NCBI GenBank assembly: GCA_044356455.1
Contig: JBIKWF010000072.1
Coordinates: forward strand, 1-21,178
Direction: 5' to 3'
Length of the DNA: 21,178 nucleotides
Source of the DNA: Bdellovibrionota bacterium
GTDB lineage: Bacteria > Bdellovibrionota_C > UBA2361 > JBGSMV01
A model generated the notes under the pieces. That model was given only the letters and a program-made list of their open reading frames with translations, had not been told where the DNA came from and did no database searches. The position numbers were made by a program, and so were the translations under genes. Below, piece after piece: positions 16,727 to 21,178 of this stretch (within the stretch, counting starts at the first letter, position 1; each line of letters begins with the position of its first letter).

Positions 16727-19411
16727 GTGACTACCAAAACACTTTCCAAGGCAGCTGCACGCACCGCAGGTGAGCCCCGTCTCCCCGGGCAAGAACTTTC
16801 CCTGCAACTTCCCTCTCAAACTGGGTCTGGGCTTGCCGTACGCACATCCTCTGGCATTTTAGGTGAACGCAGCGCCCTTACCATGCACACGCACTCTGAC
16901 GCTCATGCAACAATCACTGCATGGCAAGAGTCCGCGCGCGCTCATAGGCGCATGCAGCGCGTACGCAAAAACGCCGCCACGATATCCCCCTCCCGCGGTC
17001 CCGCGAGCATTAGTTGGCCAGCCGAAGAAAAACCTTCCAAGATTTCTGCCCTAGTGCGCGCCCCCCAAGCCGGCGCGCTTGCCAATATCCCGCTCTCCTC
17101 AGTCTCAAGAACGCCCCTTGAAGACTATCGCAAGAAGCACGGCCTCGATCTCGTAAGATCGAAGCTGCTTTCTCAACTTGCCTCAGAAGCTTCACTTGAA
17201 AAGGGACTCTCAAGGCTCAATAGCTGGACCATGGCCCGCCTTGATAGGCCATGCACCACGATCGCAGATGCACGCGTACTTTTTCCAAATGTGACCCTGA
17301 CCGAGATTTGTATGCTCGGGCTCCTCGAACGAGCACCCAAAACCTTTCTCTATCAAGGTACTGGTTTTGATGTTGCCGAAGTTCTCAATCGAAGCCGGGC
17401 TCCGGATAAACAGCGCCGCCGAGCAGAAGATTATCAAATGACTCCCATGCAGCTTGAGTTTCGCCCCGACGGAATCTCTTACGGCACCGATCGCTCCGAG
17501 TATAACGTAGGATTGAGCAGTGAACTTGACCCCAAGGACAGAGAAATAGTCTCTTTTCGCAAAAGCGTTCGAGAAAAGATTGCTGAACTCGTGGTCTTAA
17601 TGATTGACCGGGCGCGGCTCTTTGAGCTCTTGCGGTCAAATACCACCGACACCTTAGTGGTGGGAGTAGGCCGCATACGACAAGCTGCGCTGAGCGCCAT
17701 AAGTCTAGAAACCGCCTCTGCTCCCGACAAATCGAGCAGCAGCTCTGCCACACCCTCAACAGGCAGCAGTAAAATCCGCTCTATTGCCGATGATCTGGCA
17801 GAGCTCCCTCCGGAAAAGAAAAGTGCCTATCAAGAGAGAGAGCAAGAAATCGCACAAAAAATTTTAGGCGCACGCCTTCGATATGACGACGGCACGAGCA
17901 TGGACCCTACGGAAATTGTGCACCTGCTTGGCATGCTACGCGATATTCCCTCCTGTCTTCTTCAGGAACAGGCGTTTGATGGAAAGATTCTGTTTGATGG
18001 TGAAAAACTACTTTTTGCGGACAAAGAAGACTGCATATGCGAGGTCGCGCCCCTCGAGCGCCAGTGCCTTGACACTCTCAAGCAGAGTATTTTTGATGAG
18101 CAAACTCGAAGCTCTGAAACAAACCGCACGCTGCTCGCCATTCAAGATGACCTCACCGCCCGTGTTCAAGGTGCGCTGTTTGGAGACCTTATTGGATCCG
18201 ATAAAGAGAGCCAGAACCTCGCTCAGAGAACTTCCCCTATCGAAGAAATTGCGCTGCGTGTGTTTCGGGAATACGGAGTTGCAGTGTGGGGCCGGGCACG
18301 AACTGAGCTCCGCATCACGAAAGCCACCGAGGAATCTCCTGAAAAAGGCGGCTTCGTCGCGGGAGGACCCGTCGCGAATATTACTCTTAAACTTGGCCTT
18401 GCTGAGCTGCAGCAGATTGAGATGGTCCTCGGTGCATTTGGGCCACGTCTCGTTGCTGGAGTAACCTCGATTGAGAAGATTCAAGGTAGCGTCATGTCCG
18501 ATGGTGCGGCGGATGAAGGACGCACCTGTTCAGTAACGTTTCGCTCTGAAAATTCAGCCCTATGCATTGGAGAATACCAGGAACTCCCTTTCACCGATAT
18601 GCGGCCTAAGGCGCGCACGGAAAGAGCCTTTCTCATCGCACATGCCGTAGGATGCTCTCTCTGGCGCGGAGTCGAAGACAAAACTTTCTGGGGCCGAATT
18701 CGGTCTGCTTCTGAACCTCTTCAGCAAGAAAACGATCCAAAGTCCCGAAATTTTGTCCATTCAATTGCAAAACGCAATGCACAGTCTGATTTTGCTGCGT
18801 GTGTGGCAGCCTATGTGCTTGCGCGCCCTGAATTTGCTGGTTTGTCTAAGTCTAATCCAGTCCTTAAGTTAAAATTTGAAGCGGTAGAAGCGTTCCTTCA
18901 GGGAAAACTACCGCCAGCAGCTGGCGCCCGTTCTCCGGAGATTTCTTTGAGTGAGGCTGCACTTGGGCTACGCGCCCAGTTCCCGGATTTTCCTGATTTT
19001 GAGGATCCTGAGGCGATAAGACGCTATCTCGCAAAACAAGAGCAGAAGAAGCAGAGTGCTGAGGTGATGCTCACGAGAAGTGAGGAGCAATCCATGACTG
19101 GTGACGTCAAGTCCTTAGTGGACTATGAGCGCGCCAAGGCCAAGCTCGCGCTTCGTCAGCAAATTCGAGTGGTCGTGGAGAGCTGTTTTGAAGGAATTCG
19201 CCCAGGCCTTCGCGATGGACTTGTCGACAAAGTACTTGCTGCGGTTGAGGAGAATGAGGACCTTAACGAAGTTATTTCCGATTTCGCGGAGGAAAACCCA
19301 AAACTATACGATCTCTTAAGCGACCCCGACGATTTTGATGGACCCGGTGACAATTCCGCGGCGGAAGCATTGGTGAGCGCTCTTCACGATGCTGGCATCA
19401 TCGCGAGTTGA
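16727..19411 (+). CDS. Large hypothetical protein with a degenerate zincin-like domain near the C-terminus; start uncertain
   Basis: Uninterrupted 894-codon ORF filling the gap between the LysM gene and sucA. Low-complexity N-terminus, IAHAVGC...QSDFAACVAAYV motif pair and an acidic C-terminus. Confidence 0.75.
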   Translation: MTTKTLSKAAARTAGEPRLPGQELSLQLPSQTGSGLAVRTSSGILGERSALTMHTHSDAHATITAWQESARAHRRMQRVRKNAATISPSRGPASISWPAEEKPSKISALVRAPQAGALANIPLSSVSRTPLEDYRKKHGLDLVRSKLLSQLASEASLEKGLSRLNSWTMARLDRPCTTIADARVLFPNVTLTEICMLGLLERAPKTFLYQGTGFDVAEVLNRSRAPDKQRRRAEDYQMTPMQLEFRPDGISYGTDRSEYNVGLSSELDPKDREIVSFRKSVREKIAELVVLMIDRARLFELLRSNTTDTLVVGVGRIRQAALSAISLETASAPDKSSSSSATPSTGSSKIRSIADDLAELPPEKKSAYQEREQEIAQKILGARLRYDDGTSMDPTEIVHLLGMLRDIPSCLLQEQAFDGKILFDGEKLLFADKEDCICEVAPLERQCLDTLKQSIFDEQTRSSETNRTLLAIQDDLTARVQGALFGDLIGSDKESQNLAQRTSPIEEIALRVFREYGVAVWGRARTELRITKATEESPEKGGFVAGGPVANITLKLGLAELQQIEMVLGAFGPRLVAGVTSIEKIQGSVMSDGAADEGRTCSVTFRSENSALCIGEYQELPFTDMRPKARTERAFLIAHAVGCSLWRGVEDKTFWGRIRSASEPLQQENDPKSRNFVHSIAKRNAQSDFAACVAAYVLARPEFAGLSKSNPVLKLKFEAVEAFLQGKLPPAAGARSPEISLSEAALGLRAQFPDFPDFEDPEAIRRYLAKQEQKKQSAEVMLTRSEEQSMTGDVKSLVDYERAKAKLALRQQIRVVVESCFEGIRPGLRDGLVDKVLAAVEENEDLNEVISDFAEENPKLYDLLSDPDDFDGPGDNSAAEALVSALHDAGIIAS

Positions 19412-19455
19412 GGAACTCCCCCTCTCAAACCAAAACAGTGTCAGACCACAGGCAG

Positions 19456-21178
19456 CTATTCCACCGCCGCCAGCAAGTCCTCCAACATGCGCTTAAGCTC
19501 AACGCTATGCCAACGCGCCGAGCCGCAAGCCGTGCTCGCGGATTCTGGTCTGCCCACATAGGTCACTTGAGAGCCAATGGCCTCAGAAATACGCTCACGC
19601 ACAAAATTCCAAGCACCCATGTTCTTGGGTTCTTCTTGAATCCAAGCTGCGCGCCTGAGGGTAAGGCCCTTCACGGCGGCCTTCACTTCCTCTGCCGGGA
19701 ATGGATAGAGCTGCTCAACTCGCACAAGCCGCACACCCGATTTATTCGCCTTCAGGAGCGCGGAACGCGCGTCATAGAAAGCCTTCCCGGAAACAAACAC
19801 GACACTCGCAGAAGAACCAACTTCGCCCACATCTTCAGAAATCACTGGTTTAAAGCTGCCGCTCGTTAAATCAGCGTGGCCTGAAACTGCCTCAGGCGAA
19901 CGGAGTAGGCTCTTTGGAGTCATCACTACAACCGGGCGCTTAATATCGCTGAGCCCCTGTTTTCTGAGGAGATGGAAATACTGGGCAGGGGTCGTGAGAT
20001 TTACCACTGTCATGTTTCCTTCGGCGCAAAGCTGCAGGAACCTCTCAAGACGCGCGCTGGAGTGCTCAGGTCCCTGTCCTTCGTAACCATGTGGCAACAA
20101 GAGAACCAGACCCGAGCGCTGCCCCCATTTTACTTCCGAGGCAGCCAAGAACTGATCAATGATAACCTGGGCGCCATTGGCGAAATCACCAAATTGAGCC
20201 TCCCAAAGTACCAGCGCCTTAGCATGGGTAGCGGAATACCCGAACTCAAACCCCATTACGGCGGCTTCAGAAAGCACAGAATTGTAAACTTCGAACCGAG
20301 CGTCGAGCCCACGCTTCTCGGAGAGTGTCTGCAAGGGATAGAAGCGATTCGGCGTTTCGGTATCGTGCAACTCAAGATGGCGGTGACTAAAGGTGCCTCG
20401 ACCCGCATCTTGACCAGTAAGACGTACCGGCGTCTCATCCATAAGCAGCGTGCCGAAGGCCAGCGTTTCTGCGAATCCCCAGTCTATGCCGCTCTCCTCT
20501 TTCAGCGTATGCACACGCTTTTCAATAATGGCTTTAAGCTTAGGATGAGGAGTAAAGCCTTCGGGAAAACTCACCAGTGACTCGGCTACCGCCTCGAGAG
20601 AGGCTAAAGGAGCCGAGGTCTCAAACTTAAGCGGCGCGAGTTTTCCGTAAAGCGGACACGCGTCTCCCACATTTACACTAAACTTGAGGGCCTCAGCAGC
20701 TGCCTTAAACTGCGCGTGATACTCTTGCTCAATGCCCTGTTTCTCCTCAGAAGAAAGGACTCCGTCTGAGAGCAGCTTTGCAGCATACAGCTCACTAAGA
20801 GGCTTCTTCAGTTTGACCTCGGAGTACATGAGCGGCTGGGTAAACGTGGGATCGTCGCCCTCATTGTGTCCGTATTTTCGGTAGCAATAGAGGTCTATGA
20901 CGATATCGCGCGCAAAGGTGCTGCGGTACTCAAGCGCAAGCCGCGTTGCCCAGCAGCAGGCGTCAATATCTTCGGAATTTACGTGCAGAATCGGGGCCCC
21001 ATTAATTTTCGCCACATCCGTGCAGTAAACGGAAGAACGAGCCTCTGCCGCATCGGTGGTGAAACCAACTTGGTTATTGATCACAAGATGCACAGTTCCT
21101 GCGGTGGAATAGGCTGCCGAGTTCGAGAAGTTAAGGGATTCGGGTACTACCCCTTGCCCAATGAAGGCGGCGTCTCCG
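19456..21178 (-). CDS. sucA: 2-oxoglutarate dehydrogenase E1 component (5' end outside the window)
   Basis: The frame stays open to the window edge: GDAAFIGQG...HLVINNQVGFTT (TPP-binding). Also GHNEGDDP, RGTFSHRH, WEAQFGDFANGAQ, LPHGYEGQGPEHSSARLERFLQ and QEEPKNMGAW. Confidence 0.98.
   Translation of the reverse strand, partial: GDAAFIGQGVVPESLNFSNSAAYSTAGTVHLVINNQVGFTTDAAEARSSVYCTDVAKINGAPILHVNSEDIDACCWATRLALEYRSTFARDIVIDLYCYRKYGHNEGDDPTFTQPLMYSEVKLKKPLSELYAAKLLSDGVLSSEEKQGIEQEYHAQFKAAAEALKFSVNVGDACPLYGKLAPLKFETSAPLASLEAVAESLVSFPEGFTPHPKLKAIIEKRVHTLKEESGIDWGFAETLAFGTLLMDETPVRLTGQDAGRGTFSHRHLELHDTETPNRFYPLQTLSEKRGLDARFEVYNSVLSEAAVMGFEFGYSATHAKALVLWEAQFGDFANGAQVIIDQFLAASEVKWGQRSGLVLLLPHGYEGQGPEHSSARLERFLQLCAEGNMTVVNLTTPAQYFHLLRKQGLSDIKRPVVVMTPKSLLRSPEAVSGHADLTSGSFKPVISEDVGEVGSSASVVFVSGKAFYDARSALLKANKSGVRLVRVEQLYPFPAEEVKAAVKGLTLRRAAWIQEEPKNMGAWNFVRERISEAIGSQVTYVGRPESASTACGSARWHSVELKRMLEDLLAAVE

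Noticed and set aside
19451..21118. Inverted match between GGCAGCTATTCCACCGC (19451-19467) and about 21101-21118
   Set aside because: It needs an indel, both copies overlap sucA coding sequence, and there are no mobile-element hallmarks, so it is probably chance.

Overview
Bacterial chromosomal window, mostly on the minus strand, with no rRNA, tRNA, CRISPR array or transposase that I can see. Housekeeping genes are gnd, lepA (abutting a PPP-family Ser/Thr phosphatase) and the 3' part of sucA. A co-oriented glycan-synthesis run (GT2, GT4, GT4, WcaJ-like priming transferase, ugd, UDP-glucuronate decarboxylase) lies at 6040-14265. Other genes encode a trypsin-like protease with C-terminal membrane helices, a signal-less BtuF/TroA-like protein, a LysM lipoprotein and an 894-aa orphan whose C-terminus looks like a catalytically dead zincin. 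The most unusual signal is non-coding. At 8756-8998 there is a three-layer nested element: CTAG-flanked terminal inverted repeats, enclosing a palindrome with three 9-mers per arm, which is itself interrupted by a 69-nt hairpin. A second, perfect palindrome of the same 3x9-mer design lies at 15506-15572. All protein calls come from motif recognition only; no database search was run.
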